64,000 nucleotides of DNA, from NCBI GenBank assembly GCA_049320885.1, contig JBMORA010000028.1:32001-96000 (forward strand), written 5' to 3'. The translations under genes and the position numbers were made by a program. Below are positions 18,795 through 27,740 of this stretch, one piece after another. The notes under the pieces are model-generated. The model had not been told where the DNA came from, ran no database searches, and saw only the letters and a list, made by a program, of their open reading frames with translations. The stretch is from Thermodesulfobacteriota bacterium. Its GTDB lineage: Bacteria; Desulfobacterota; Desulfobacteria; Desulfobacterales; SURF-7. Every line of letters begins with the position of its first letter. The first letter of the stretch is position 1.

Positions 18795-18814
18795 CGGAAT
18801 GAATATTCATTCCG
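18795..18814. promoter_or_regulatory. Perfect 20-bp palindrome, candidate TetR-type operator
   Basis: CGGAATGAATATTCATTCCG lies between a minus-strand TTGACA (18838-18843) and the aldo/keto reductase start. Confidence 0.6.
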
Positions 18815-18920
18815 AATTAGGCAAGCTGGATCGATTTGTCAATAAAAAAAAGACCGCTACCCGCCCCGGCTGCGGGAGAGCGGCGCCCGATATCCAGAAA
18901 ATACCATGTATTATAATGAC

Positions 18921-18950
18921 TTGACACTATTTTTGACTTCAGTGTATATT
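18921..18950 (+). promoter_or_regulatory. Putative sigma-70 promoter
   Basis: TTGACA-N18-TATATT upstream of the hybrid kinase. Confidence 0.5.
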
Positions 18951-19120
18951 GCCATTACATACAGTTCTCATCAGCTGCCTTGAAGCCGGATGTCCCTTGT
19001 TATTTCTCTCCTCTTTCCCTGCACCGGCTGACAACGATTTCCGGGCTCATGTCGGTTTGCCGGAGTGGTGAATCCGTTCCAAATCCAGCTGGAACAATGA
19101 CCTTCTCAAGGGATCATGTC

Positions 19121-20635
19121 ATGACAAAAGAAAAAATGATCGTCTTTCTGATCGGAGGCGACGAAACGGAACAACAAATCATCTCCCGGCAACTTCATCA
19201 GGATTCCCTATACGACACCATCACCGCCACCTCGGTGGAAGAAATCCACCATCAAATGGGAAAACATCCCGTGGACGTTATTCTTCTGAATCATGGCGAT
19301 CCGGGGGTCCCCGACCCGCCTTTTCTTCCGACGATCGCGGAACGCCCCGTCATCCATCTCATTCCTGCTGACAGGAAATATCTGGAAAGCCGGATCATGA
19401 AAGACGGAGCCATCGATTACCTGCTCAAAGATTCCGAAGGCCATTATCTGTCGCTGCTGCCGCTGGCAATCCGAAATACGTTGATGCGCCGGCAGCAATT
19501 TTTGAGCCTGGTCAACGACAAGAAAATGAAGGCCATCACATCCCTGGCCGGAGGCATCGCGCACCAGTTCAACAACAAACTGGTCGGCATATCCGGCAAT
19601 CTGGAGTTGTTGGAAATAGCTCTTCCCGATAATCCCGCTGTCAAGAAATACGGTGAACGGATCAAAAGCGCCGTGAAGCAGATTTCCTATTTTACCGAAC
19701 AACTCCTGGCGTATTCCCGTCAGGGTAAACACCATCCCCAGAAAACACCCTTGAACGCTTTTATCCGCAGCGTTTTGCCGGCCCTCGATTCCGTCAAGAC
19801 AAAGCATATCCACCTGGAACTGACTTTTTGCGACAGGGACGTATTGGTGGATATCGACTACTCCCAAATGCGATTAGTCCTTGCAGCGGTCATCAACAAC
19901 GCCGTGGAGGCGGTTGCGGATAACGGATGGATACAGTTGTCCACCGGCAGCAGCCAAGTGAAGCTCCCCCGGAATCCGGGCAAGCCTTCAGCGAGGAACG
20001 GACTCCATGCCTGCATCACCGTTACGGACCATGGAAAGGGCATGGAGGCGGAAACCGCAGATCGCATTTTTGAACCGTTTTTCACCACGAATTTCCAGGG
20101 TCGCGGCTTGGAAATGGCGGCGGCACACGGCATTGTCAGTAATCACAACGGCTGGATCACCGTCGCTTCGGAACCGGGCTCCGGCACCACGGTGGCCATA
20201 TTTCTTCCGGCGGAGCCCCTTCATGAGGAAACAAGCACGCCTGAAATGCCGGTCCGGAATCATCGGTCAAAGGGAGCCGTCCTGTTGATCGATGATGAGG
20301 AGCTGGTGATCGAGGTCGGAACGGAGATGCTGAAAAAAATGGGCTTCGACGTGATCATCGCCAGAACCGGCGAGCAGGCGCTCCGGATTGCCGAAACCTG
20401 CCGCGACCCCATCGATATTGTCCTGTTGGATATCGGTCTGCCGGATATGAGCGGGAATGAGATCTATCCCCTCTTGACGGAAGTACTGCCGAACATCAAG
20501 GTGATTGTCTGCAGCGGATATTCAATTGACGGAAAAGCGGAGGAAATTCTGAAAGCCGGCGCCCATGGCTATATTCAAAAACCATTTGCATTCGGTGAAT
20601 TCTCCGCAAAGCTGACATCCGTCCACCAATCCTGA
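19121..20635 (+). CDS. Hybrid histidine kinase (degenerate REC - HK - REC)
   Basis: LAGGIAHQFNN, FEPFFTT, C-terminal receiver LLIDDE...LLDIGLPD...KPF. N-terminal receiver has Asn (ILLNH) at the usual phospho-Asp position. Confidence 0.85.
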   Translation: MTKEKMIVFLIGGDETEQQIISRQLHQDSLYDTITATSVEEIHHQMGKHPVDVILLNHGDPGVPDPPFLPTIAERPVIHLIPADRKYLESRIMKDGAIDYLLKDSEGHYLSLLPLAIRNTLMRRQQFLSLVNDKKMKAITSLAGGIAHQFNNKLVGISGNLELLEIALPDNPAVKKYGERIKSAVKQISYFTEQLLAYSRQGKHHPQKTPLNAFIRSVLPALDSVKTKHIHLELTFCDRDVLVDIDYSQMRLVLAAVINNAVEAVADNGWIQLSTGSSQVKLPRNPGKPSARNGLHACITVTDHGKGMEAETADRIFEPFFTTNFQGRGLEMAAAHGIVSNHNGWITVASEPGSGTTVAIFLPAEPLHEETSTPEMPVRNHRSKGAVLLIDDEELVIEVGTEMLKKMGFDVIIARTGEQALRIAETCRDPIDIVLLDIGLPDMSGNEIYPLLTEVLPNIKVIVCSGYSIDGKAEEILKAGAHGYIQKPFAFGEFSAKLTSVHQS

Positions 20636-20699
20636 CCAGCGGATTTTCCGCCCAGGGGCCGACTGACCGCCATTTCACCCGGACGCCTTCCTTTCCGGT

Positions 20700-21596
20700 T
20701 CAAGCGGAACCGTCCGCATGAGGGAAATACATCTCGATGCCGGTGCCCTCCGCACCGGTTCTGATCTCGATATGGCCGTGATGGGCCAGAACCACATGCC
20801 GGACGATGGTCATTTCCAGGCCGGTCCCGTTTCTCCCCATGACCTTGCGGGTATAAAAGGGATTGAAGATGCCGGCTCGATCCGACTCGGAGAGGGCGGC
20901 CCCATTGTCGGAAACTTCCAAAACCACATACCTCCCCGGACGCCAGTCCGCAAATCCGCGCAGGGTTTGATCCAGATCCACCCGCCGGGTCCGGATCAGG
21001 ATCAGGCCGTTTTCTTCCAGGGGATTCCGCGATAAATCCGCGGCCGCATTGACAATGAGATTCGTCAGCGCCTTGCAGATAAGCCCGAACGATCCTTTCA
21101 GCCGCAGGGGCTCATCCGCCAGTTCGGTCCTCATCCGGAAAAGTGGATTGGTTTTTTGAATACCCTTGAATTCCGGCGACATCAGGCAATTTTTCACCAG
21201 GGTGTTCATATCCAGCGTTTCCGTTTCATCGTCGCGCCCCCTGGCCAGGATCGCCAGCTCGGCCACCAGTTCCACGGCGCGCCGGCCGGATTGCCTGATC
21301 ATTTCCACGGCCCGTTTCTGCCGTTCATTCAGATCAAGGGAGAACAAGAGCAAATCGGGAAGAGTCGCGATTCCGGAAAGGATGTTGTTTAAATCATGGG
21401 CGGTTCCGGCGGCAATGGCCCCCAGATTTTCCATGATCCTTACCCGATCCAGTTTTTTTTCCAGGAGTTGTTTTTCGGTTTCCGCGATCCCAAGCCGCTC
21501 TTTCAAGGATTGGACGGTTTCCTCCTGGAGCTGAAGCTGACGCCCCATTTCACGGATTTGTTCTTCCATGGTCATTCCGCTCGTCATCGGCTTCAT
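20700..21596 (-). CDS. Cytoplasmic histidine kinase
   Basis: Coiled coil, then AAGTAHDLNNILSG, NLIVNA, FNPFYTRK, GTGL. Start moved to ATG 21596. Confidence 0.85.
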   Translation of the reverse strand: MKPMTSGMTMEEQIREMGRQLQLQEETVQSLKERLGIAETEKQLLEKKLDRVRIMENLGAIAAGTAHDLNNILSGIATLPDLLLFSLDLNERQKRAVEMIRQSGRRAVELVAELAILARGRDDETETLDMNTLVKNCLMSPEFKGIQKTNPLFRMRTELADEPLRLKGSFGLICKALTNLIVNAAADLSRNPLEENGLILIRTRRVDLDQTLRGFADWRPGRYVVLEVSDNGAALSESDRAGIFNPFYTRKVMGRNGTGLEMTIVRHVVLAHHGHIEIRTGAEGTGIEMYFPHADGSA

Positions 21597-21870
21597 ACTC
21601 CTTCCCCGGATATCCTGAATTGATATCGAATATTGGCGAGAGTCGAGACGTTCCGCATGCATCATAAAGATATGCCGCATAGTATACCGAAGTCGAAAAA
21701 GCCTGTCAATTTCCCCATCGGAACCGCGACGAGACCGGAATGTGTTCCTTTACACGCCATGACGGAACGTGATATGCGTTCTCCTGGAAACGGTGGATGT
21801 TGTATTCATGTTTCATTATCGTACGGTGACTTCTTGACTCCGCGGAAGCCCTCCCGGCAAAGGAACGAAC

Positions 21871-22722
21871 TTGGATTTACGCGAAGCCTTCAAGCATGCG
21901 ATCGCCATTAATCAGAGCAACTGGAACCGTTTCGCCGGGTTGTTCCAATGGATCAACCGGCTGGCGCCCTATTCCCAATCACCCCTGGCGGGTCCCTTTC
22001 TGAAACACATCCTGAAATTCGACCGACCCGACAGAAATTTCACCCAGGGGTTCACCCTCGCCATCAACCGGTCCATAAAAAACAACTGCCGCAACGCCAT
22101 CCTTCCCGTCCAGATCGTCCGCAACACGCTGCTCCATTCTTCCTACCGGGCCATCATGCATAAATGCCTCTGCCGTGACGGCGGCCGCTGTTCCCGTTAC
22201 CCGTTGGATTTCGGATGCATTTTCATCGGCGAAGGATCACGGGTGACGGAAGCAAGGGGGATTTCCCGATCGGTGAGCGTGACGGAGGCTTTGGCGCACC
22301 TGGAACAAGCCGCGGATCTGGGACTGGTCTGTCAGTGCATCTGGGTGGAAGCCGAGGAGTTCGTCTGGGGCATCCGGCGGAAAAACCTGCACCGTTTCCT
22401 GGAAATCTGTTTTTGCTGTCCCTGCTGTTGCATCGCCCTGAAAAATCTCAAACACGTGGGACCCGACATCCGCGAGCGGTTTCGTTCCGTCGGTTGGCAG
22501 GCGAGGTCGACAATCCCCTGCAGCGGCTGCGGGAAATGCGCGAAAACCTGCCCCGTGGGCGCCATCCGCATTCAAGCCAACGCCGCAGTGGTTTCCGGAC
22601 AATGCATCGGTTGCGGCATCTGCCTGCATCGTTGTCCCGAAAAGGCGCTTGAACTGACCCCCACCGGGGAAACAAAATCCCGGATTCATGATTATTTCCG
22701 AGGATTTTCACTGGATGTATGA
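21871..22722 (+). CDS. Cys-rich 4Fe-4S dicluster protein
   Basis: CLCR...C...C, ICFCCPCCC, CSGCGKCAKTCP and CIGCGICLHRCP. TTG start. Confidence 0.85.
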   Translation: MDLREAFKHAIAINQSNWNRFAGLFQWINRLAPYSQSPLAGPFLKHILKFDRPDRNFTQGFTLAINRSIKNNCRNAILPVQIVRNTLLHSSYRAIMHKCLCRDGGRCSRYPLDFGCIFIGEGSRVTEARGISRSVSVTEALAHLEQAADLGLVCQCIWVEAEEFVWGIRRKNLHRFLEICFCCPCCCIALKNLKHVGPDIRERFRSVGWQARSTIPCSGCGKCAKTCPVGAIRIQANAAVVSGQCIGCGICLHRCPEKALELTPTGETKSRIHDYFRGFSLDV

Positions 22723-22864
22723 GCAACGGAACGTCTGCTGGCGGACCCCAGTGGATTTATCGTCGAATTCCGCCAGTATGGCCTGAACATTTTTGAAAGC
22801 GACCTGATCCGAAACAAATACCGCTTCCATATGCAACCGGGGAAAAATGACCGGTAAAAATCGC

Positions 22865-22922
22865 TTGACAGATAATATATACTTTCTATATATGCTTTTT
22901 ATATATTCATCGTATATAAAAA
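22865..22922 (+). promoter_or_regulatory. Promoter with two candidate PadR operators
   Basis: TTGACA at 22865. ATATAT-N7-ATATA at 22875-22892 and 22901-22918. Perfect TTTTTATATA-N7-TATATAAAAA at 22896-22922. Confidence 0.65.
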
Positions 22923-22943
22923 CCTGTTTCAGAAAAGGGCGTC

Positions 22944-23495
22944 ATGGCCATCAAATATTCCATTCTCGGATTGCTGCATTACAAGGACATGCACGGATAC
23001 CGGATCAAGGAGCATATCGAGCGCAATTTCGGCCATATGTGGTCCATCAATTACGGTCAGATCTATCCCAACCTGAAAAAGCTCTGCGATGACGGACTCA
23101 TCCGGATGCATGAGAAGACCCGGAACGGCGACAAAGGCGGCCCGCCCCGCAAGCTCTACTCCATCACCGAAAAAGGCCGGGAGGAGTTCGTCCGCTGGCT
23201 GCATGATTCTCCGGAACGGACCATGATCATGCGCGACCCGTTTCTGATGCGCTTTGTCTTTTTCGGTTTCGGGGACCGGGACAAGGCCCTGGAGCTGATC
23301 GACGAGCAGATCCGGGAATACGAGCTTCAACTGAAGCGGCGCGGGCTGAACAAGACACGCTGGTCGGAATTGGGCGACTACGTCCGCATGGTGGCCGACC
23401 TGGGCATCACGTTCAATGAAATGTACCTGGACTGGCTGAAGCGGGCGCGGGACGAGATCGCCCAAAAGCCACCAAGTCAAAGGGGTAACCCATGA
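22944..23495 (+). CDS. PadR-family transcriptional regulator (AphA-like C-terminus)
   Basis: ILGLL...HGYRIK...GQIYPNLKKL...RKLYSITEKGREEF...RDPF. Confidence 0.92.
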   Translation: MAIKYSILGLLHYKDMHGYRIKEHIERNFGHMWSINYGQIYPNLKKLCDDGLIRMHEKTRNGDKGGPPRKLYSITEKGREEFVRWLHDSPERTMIMRDPFLMRFVFFGFGDRDKALELIDEQIREYELQLKRRGLNKTRWSELGDYVRMVADLGITFNEMYLDWLKRARDEIAQKPPSQRGNP

Positions 23496-24487
23496 AAACC
23501 TCAGACATTTGCCTGGTAACCGGCGCTGCCGGATTCATGGGCAGTCATGTGGTGGAAGAGCTGGTCCGGACCGGCGCCCGGGTGATCGCCACCAGCCGTC
23601 CGCGCAGGGACACCTCCTTTTTCGACGCCCTGGGGGTCCGGTACATTCCGGCGGACCTGACCCGTCCCGATACGTTGATCCCGCTGTTTGCGGAAAAGGT
23701 GGAGCGCGTTTTTCATCTGGGCGCCGTCTGCAATTTTTCCACCCCCTATGCGAAGCTGCACCCGACCAACGTCGCCGGCGTCGATTGCCTTACGGATCTG
23801 GCCCGACAGCATGCGGTGGGTTGCTTTGTGCATGTCACCTCCACCAGCGTATACGGCTATTATCAGGGGACACCCTTCACGGAGGAATCGCCGCGAAGCC
23901 CCATGGACGATTACGGCCGCAGCAAGCGTGACGGTGAGGACATCGTCTTCCGCAAAATGCAACTCGGTCTGCCAGCAATCGTGGTCAGACCCTGCACGGT
24001 CTATGGCCCGCGATGCAATGACGGGGCCGGCAAGGTATTCTCGCGGCCCGGAGCCATCAAGGCGATACCCGGCAGCGGGAATCAAAAACTCTCCAACATC
24101 CGTGCCGAGGATGTGGCTGCCGCCGTGGTGTATCTCTCGGAAAGGGAAGACGCCAGGGGTCGGGTCTACAACCTGGCCGACGACTCCCATCCCACCGTCG
24201 GCGAAGCGCTGCGGACGGCCGCGCTCACATTCGGAACTCCGGTGCCTTCCCTGCATTTGCCTTTGTGGCTGGTCCGTTTCGTGGCCCGCCTGGAGGGCTT
24301 GGTCTGCCGATTCCGCAACCGCATACCGGAGCTGGAATACGATGCCGCCAGATATCTCGCGGCGGATTATATCGTGGACAACAGCCGCTTGAAGCAGACC
24401 GGATTCCGTTTCCGTTATCCGGACTTCGCAGCCTCCATGGAGCAATTGGGCGCCGCCTTCCGGTCGGATCGTCCATCGAAACCGTGA
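23492..24487 (+). CDS. NAD-dependent epimerase/dehydratase (extended SDR)
   Basis: TGAAGFMG, VFHLGA, STSVYG, YGRSK, RPCTVYGP. ATGA overlap with padR. Confidence 0.9.
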   Translation: MKTSDICLVTGAAGFMGSHVVEELVRTGARVIATSRPRRDTSFFDALGVRYIPADLTRPDTLIPLFAEKVERVFHLGAVCNFSTPYAKLHPTNVAGVDCLTDLARQHAVGCFVHVTSTSVYGYYQGTPFTEESPRSPMDDYGRSKRDGEDIVFRKMQLGLPAIVVRPCTVYGPRCNDGAGKVFSRPGAIKAIPGSGNQKLSNIRAEDVAAAVVYLSEREDARGRVYNLADDSHPTVGEALRTAALTFGTPVPSLHLPLWLVRFVARLEGLVCRFRNRIPELEYDAARYLAADYIVDNSRLKQTGFRFRYPDFAASMEQLGAAFRSDRPSKP

Positions 24488-24501
24488 ATAAAGGGGGGAA
24501 T

Positions 24502-25332
24502 ATGGGCAACGTGATCGTCATTACAGGACTGGCGGAAGGAATGGGGCGGGAAGTGGCCGTGATGTTGGCCCGGTCTGGAGACACCATCGCCGGATTCGAC
24601 ATGAATTCCGCGGGTATCGCCGCATTGGAGCAGGAGCTGAAATCCCATGGGAATCCGTTTTACCTGGAAACCATGAACATAACGGACCGCGGTGGTATTC
24701 AGCGGTTCCGGGATACGGTGCTGGATCGATTCGGCCAGGTGGACACCGTCGTTTCCAATGTGGGGATCGGTTTTTTCGGCCCCTTTGAGGAAACTGATCT
24801 CGAAAAGGCCATGAAATGCCTGGAAATCAACGTGATCGGAGCCGCGGCCATATTTCAGGCCTTTCTTCCGTCCATGCGCCTGAAGCGTCGCGGCAAACTG
24901 GTGGCCATGTCCTCCCTGGTGGGCCGGATCCCCTTTCCCTTCGAGTCCATTTATACGGCCTCCAAATTCGCCCTCCAGGGAATGATGGAGGCCATCCAAT
25001 ACGAGGTCAAACCTTTCGGTATTGACGTGGCCTTGGTGGAACCGGCCCAGGTTTCCACCAATTTCGCGGCCAAAATCCATCAGCTGCCGCCGGAAGGAAG
25101 CCCCTATCGCGATCGGGCGCGGCGTTTCATCGAGAGAGACAATGCCCTCATCAAGACCGCCACCACGCCCCGGACGGCGGCGGAAAAAATTGTCCGGGTG
25201 ATCCGCGACCATCGTCCCCGGCTGCATAACCAGGTGGATTTCATGAGTACCGTTTTTCTGGCCCTGAACCGGATTCTTCCCAAATTCGCGCGGGACATGA
25301 TTCTCGTGAACTACATGGATATTCGTGCATAA
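24502..25332 (+). CDS. Classical short-chain dehydrogenase/reductase
   Basis: ITGLAEGMG, VSNVGIG, MSS, YTASKFAL, VEP. ATG 24502 follows GGGGGG RBS. Confidence 0.9.
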   Translation: MGNVIVITGLAEGMGREVAVMLARSGDTIAGFDMNSAGIAALEQELKSHGNPFYLETMNITDRGGIQRFRDTVLDRFGQVDTVVSNVGIGFFGPFEETDLEKAMKCLEINVIGAAAIFQAFLPSMRLKRRGKLVAMSSLVGRIPFPFESIYTASKFALQGMMEAIQYEVKPFGIDVALVEPAQVSTNFAAKIHQLPPEGSPYRDRARRFIERDNALIKTATTPRTAAEKIVRVIRDHRPRLHNQVDFMSTVFLALNRILPKFARDMILVNYMDIRA

Positions 25333-25342
25333 AGGAGGCCCC

Positions 25343-27724
25343 ATGGAAACAGCCCGGGCATTGTCGACGATTCCCGCCGAAACACGGGTGGGCCGGCTCC
25401 GGCGCCGCATTATCGAGGCTCCCCAGGAAATCTGCGTGGAGCGGGCCCGGTATCTCACCCAGGCCATGGCGTGGCACTGGGACAAGGATCCCCTAACCCG
25501 CATGAGCCTGGCCCTCGAACATATCCTTTCCCGGATACGCGTCATTATCCGGCCGGATGAACTGATCGTGGGCTGCCGGACCAGCAAGCTCAAGGGCGCC
25601 CCCTTGTTTCCGGAGAACAAGATCCGCTGGATCGAAGGCGACGTGGAGAATTTCGACCGGCGGGTGGTCCAGCGCGCCTTGATCACCGAGGAGGAGAAAG
25701 CCGAAGTTCTGCGGGACATCGTGCCCTTCTGGAAAGGCCGGTCCGTCGAGGAGCATTTCGAATCGCTGCTGCCGGCGGACGTGGCCGAGGACATGGACAA
25801 ATATATCTTCACCATGATGCTGGAGATCACTTACGGCATCGGACATTTCACCATGGACCATCCCCGGGTGCTCCGGGAAGGGCTGTCCGGAGTCATCCAC
25901 CAATCCCGGGAGGCTTTCGCGGCGCTGTCCCCTTCCGAGCAATCATCGGAAAAAGGCCGCTTCCACCTGGCGGTGATGCGCAGCCTGAAGGCCGCCATTC
26001 ATTTCGCGGGACGCCATGCGGATCATGCTGAAACATTGGCCGCCGCCGAACCGGACCCTGTGCGCAGGCAGGAACTCCAAATGATCGCCGCGGTCTGCCG
26101 GCAGGTTCCCGAACATCCGGCCCGGACCTTTCACGAGGCGGTCCAGGGGCTCTATTTCATCCATCTCATCGCCCAGATCGAGTCCGGCGGCAACTCGGTT
26201 TCGTTGGGCCGCATCGACCAGATTCTCCAGCCCTACTATAAAAAGGATTTGGAAGCAGGCCGCATCACGCCGGATCAGGCCCGGGAACTCATGGCCTTGC
26301 TGTTCCTCAAAACCAACGAAATCTGGAATGTTCTGGAGGAAGCCTACATTCCGGGAGGGGAAGGAACGGAAGGCAAAACCACCCAGAACGTCACCGTGGG
26401 CGGCGTGGATGCCGCAGGCAGGGACGCCACCAACGAACTCAGCTTCATCGGCCTGGACGCCTATTCCCAAATCCGTACGGTCCAACCCAATTTCGGCGTG
26501 CGCATCAGCGCCGGGACGCCGGAGTTGTTTTTCATGAAAGCCGCGGCCTGCGCCAAAGACGGCGTATTGCTGCATTTTTTCAACGACGACGCCATCGTGC
26601 CCTCCCTGATCCTGGCGGGACATTCGGAAGCGGACGCCCGGGATTACGGCGTCGTGGGCTGCCTGGAGCCCAACGCCCAAGGTAAATCCTTCGGTTCCAC
26701 GTTCGCGGCCCAATTCAATCTCATCAAATGCGTGGAGTTGGCCCTGAGCAACGGCATCGACAACATTTTCGGGTATCGCACCGGACTCGAAACCGGCGCG
26801 CCGGAAACATTCCGCTCCTTTGAGGACGTCTTTCGGGCTTACGACCGTCAGGTTTCCCATTTCATCGGCCAGCTCACCAGGGGCATGGAATGTCTGGACC
26901 GCGCCATAGCGGAACGGCTGCCCTCGCCCTTCGCTTCCGCCATGATCCAGGGAACCCTTGAAACAAGCCGCGACCTCACCCGGGGAGGAGCGCGCTACAA
27001 TTCCACCGGTATCCAGTTCATGGGTTTTTCCAACACCGCGGACAGTTTGTATGCCGTGAAAACAGCCGTCTATGATGAAAAATCCGTCCGCCTGGAGGAA
27101 TTGGCCGCCTGGCTGGGCGACGACTGGACGGACGCGGAAGACAAAAGAACGTATTTTCAGAACAAAATCCCCAAGTACGGCAACGACTGCGATCCCGTGG
27201 ACCGCATGGCCGCAATGGTGGCCAACCATTTTTGCGATCTGCTGCAACGCCACCGGAATTTCCGCGGCGGTCATTACTGGCCGGGGATTTTCTCCGTGGG
27301 GTTCCACGTATCCATGGGGGCTTTCACGGGCGCGACGCCGGACGGGCGGTATGCCGGAGAAGTCCTGGGCAACGGGGTCACCCCGAGCAACAGCGCGGCG
27401 CTCAAAGGCCCCACCGCCATCATGAACTCCGTCACCCGACTTCCCCTCCGGCGGGTGTATAACGGCATGAACCTGAACATGCGCTTCCAGGGAAAACAGG
27501 TCAAGGCGGCCAACCTCATGAACCTGATCCGCGCTTATTTTGAAAAAGGCGGATTTCAGGTGCAGTTCAACATGGTGGACAGCGCCACCTTGCGCAAGGC
27601 CCAGCAGCATCCGGAACAGTATCGCGATCTCATCGTGCGCATCAGCGGCTATTCCGGCATTTTCATCAATCTGAGTGATATCGCCCAGGACGAGATCATC
27701 AGCAGAACCGAACAGACCCTGTAG
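25343..27724 (+). CDS. Glycyl radical enzyme (PFL superfamily), uncharacterised class
   Basis: ERAR, DELIVG, FPE, GRIDQ, Cys loop VGCLEP, PKYGND, ATPDGR, GPTA, QFN and Gly loop LIVRISGYS. AGGAGG RBS precedes ATG 25343. Confidence 0.93.
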   Translation: METARALSTIPAETRVGRLRRRIIEAPQEICVERARYLTQAMAWHWDKDPLTRMSLALEHILSRIRVIIRPDELIVGCRTSKLKGAPLFPENKIRWIEGDVENFDRRVVQRALITEEEKAEVLRDIVPFWKGRSVEEHFESLLPADVAEDMDKYIFTMMLEITYGIGHFTMDHPRVLREGLSGVIHQSREAFAALSPSEQSSEKGRFHLAVMRSLKAAIHFAGRHADHAETLAAAEPDPVRRQELQMIAAVCRQVPEHPARTFHEAVQGLYFIHLIAQIESGGNSVSLGRIDQILQPYYKKDLEAGRITPDQARELMALLFLKTNEIWNVLEEAYIPGGEGTEGKTTQNVTVGGVDAAGRDATNELSFIGLDAYSQIRTVQPNFGVRISAGTPELFFMKAAACAKDGVLLHFFNDDAIVPSLILAGHSEADARDYGVVGCLEPNAQGKSFGSTFAAQFNLIKCVELALSNGIDNIFGYRTGLETGAPETFRSFEDVFRAYDRQVSHFIGQLTRGMECLDRAIAERLPSPFASAMIQGTLETSRDLTRGGARYNSTGIQFMGFSNTADSLYAVKTAVYDEKSVRLEELAAWLGDDWTDAEDKRTYFQNKIPKYGNDCDPVDRMAAMVANHFCDLLQRHRNFRGGHYWPGIFSVGFHVSMGAFTGATPDGRYAGEVLGNGVTPSNSAALKGPTAIMNSVTRLPLRRVYNGMNLNMRFQGKQVKAANLMNLIRAYFEKGGFQVQFNMVDSATLRKAQQHPEQYRDLIVRISGYSGIFINLSDIAQDEIISRTEQTL

Positions 27725-27740
27725 GATACGGAGGAATTCA

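Noticed and set aside
18844..18881. Hairpin plus A-tract as the terminator of a hidden small RNA
   Set aside because: Imperfect stem and no convincing matching minus-strand promoter. It may simply insulate the downstream promoter.
25343..27724. GRE as pyruvate formate-lyase, fumarate-adding enzyme (BssA/AssA) or CutC
   Set aside because: No Cys-Cys pair, no CMSP-type loop or small Fe-S subunit genes, and no microcompartment genes or choline-locus context.
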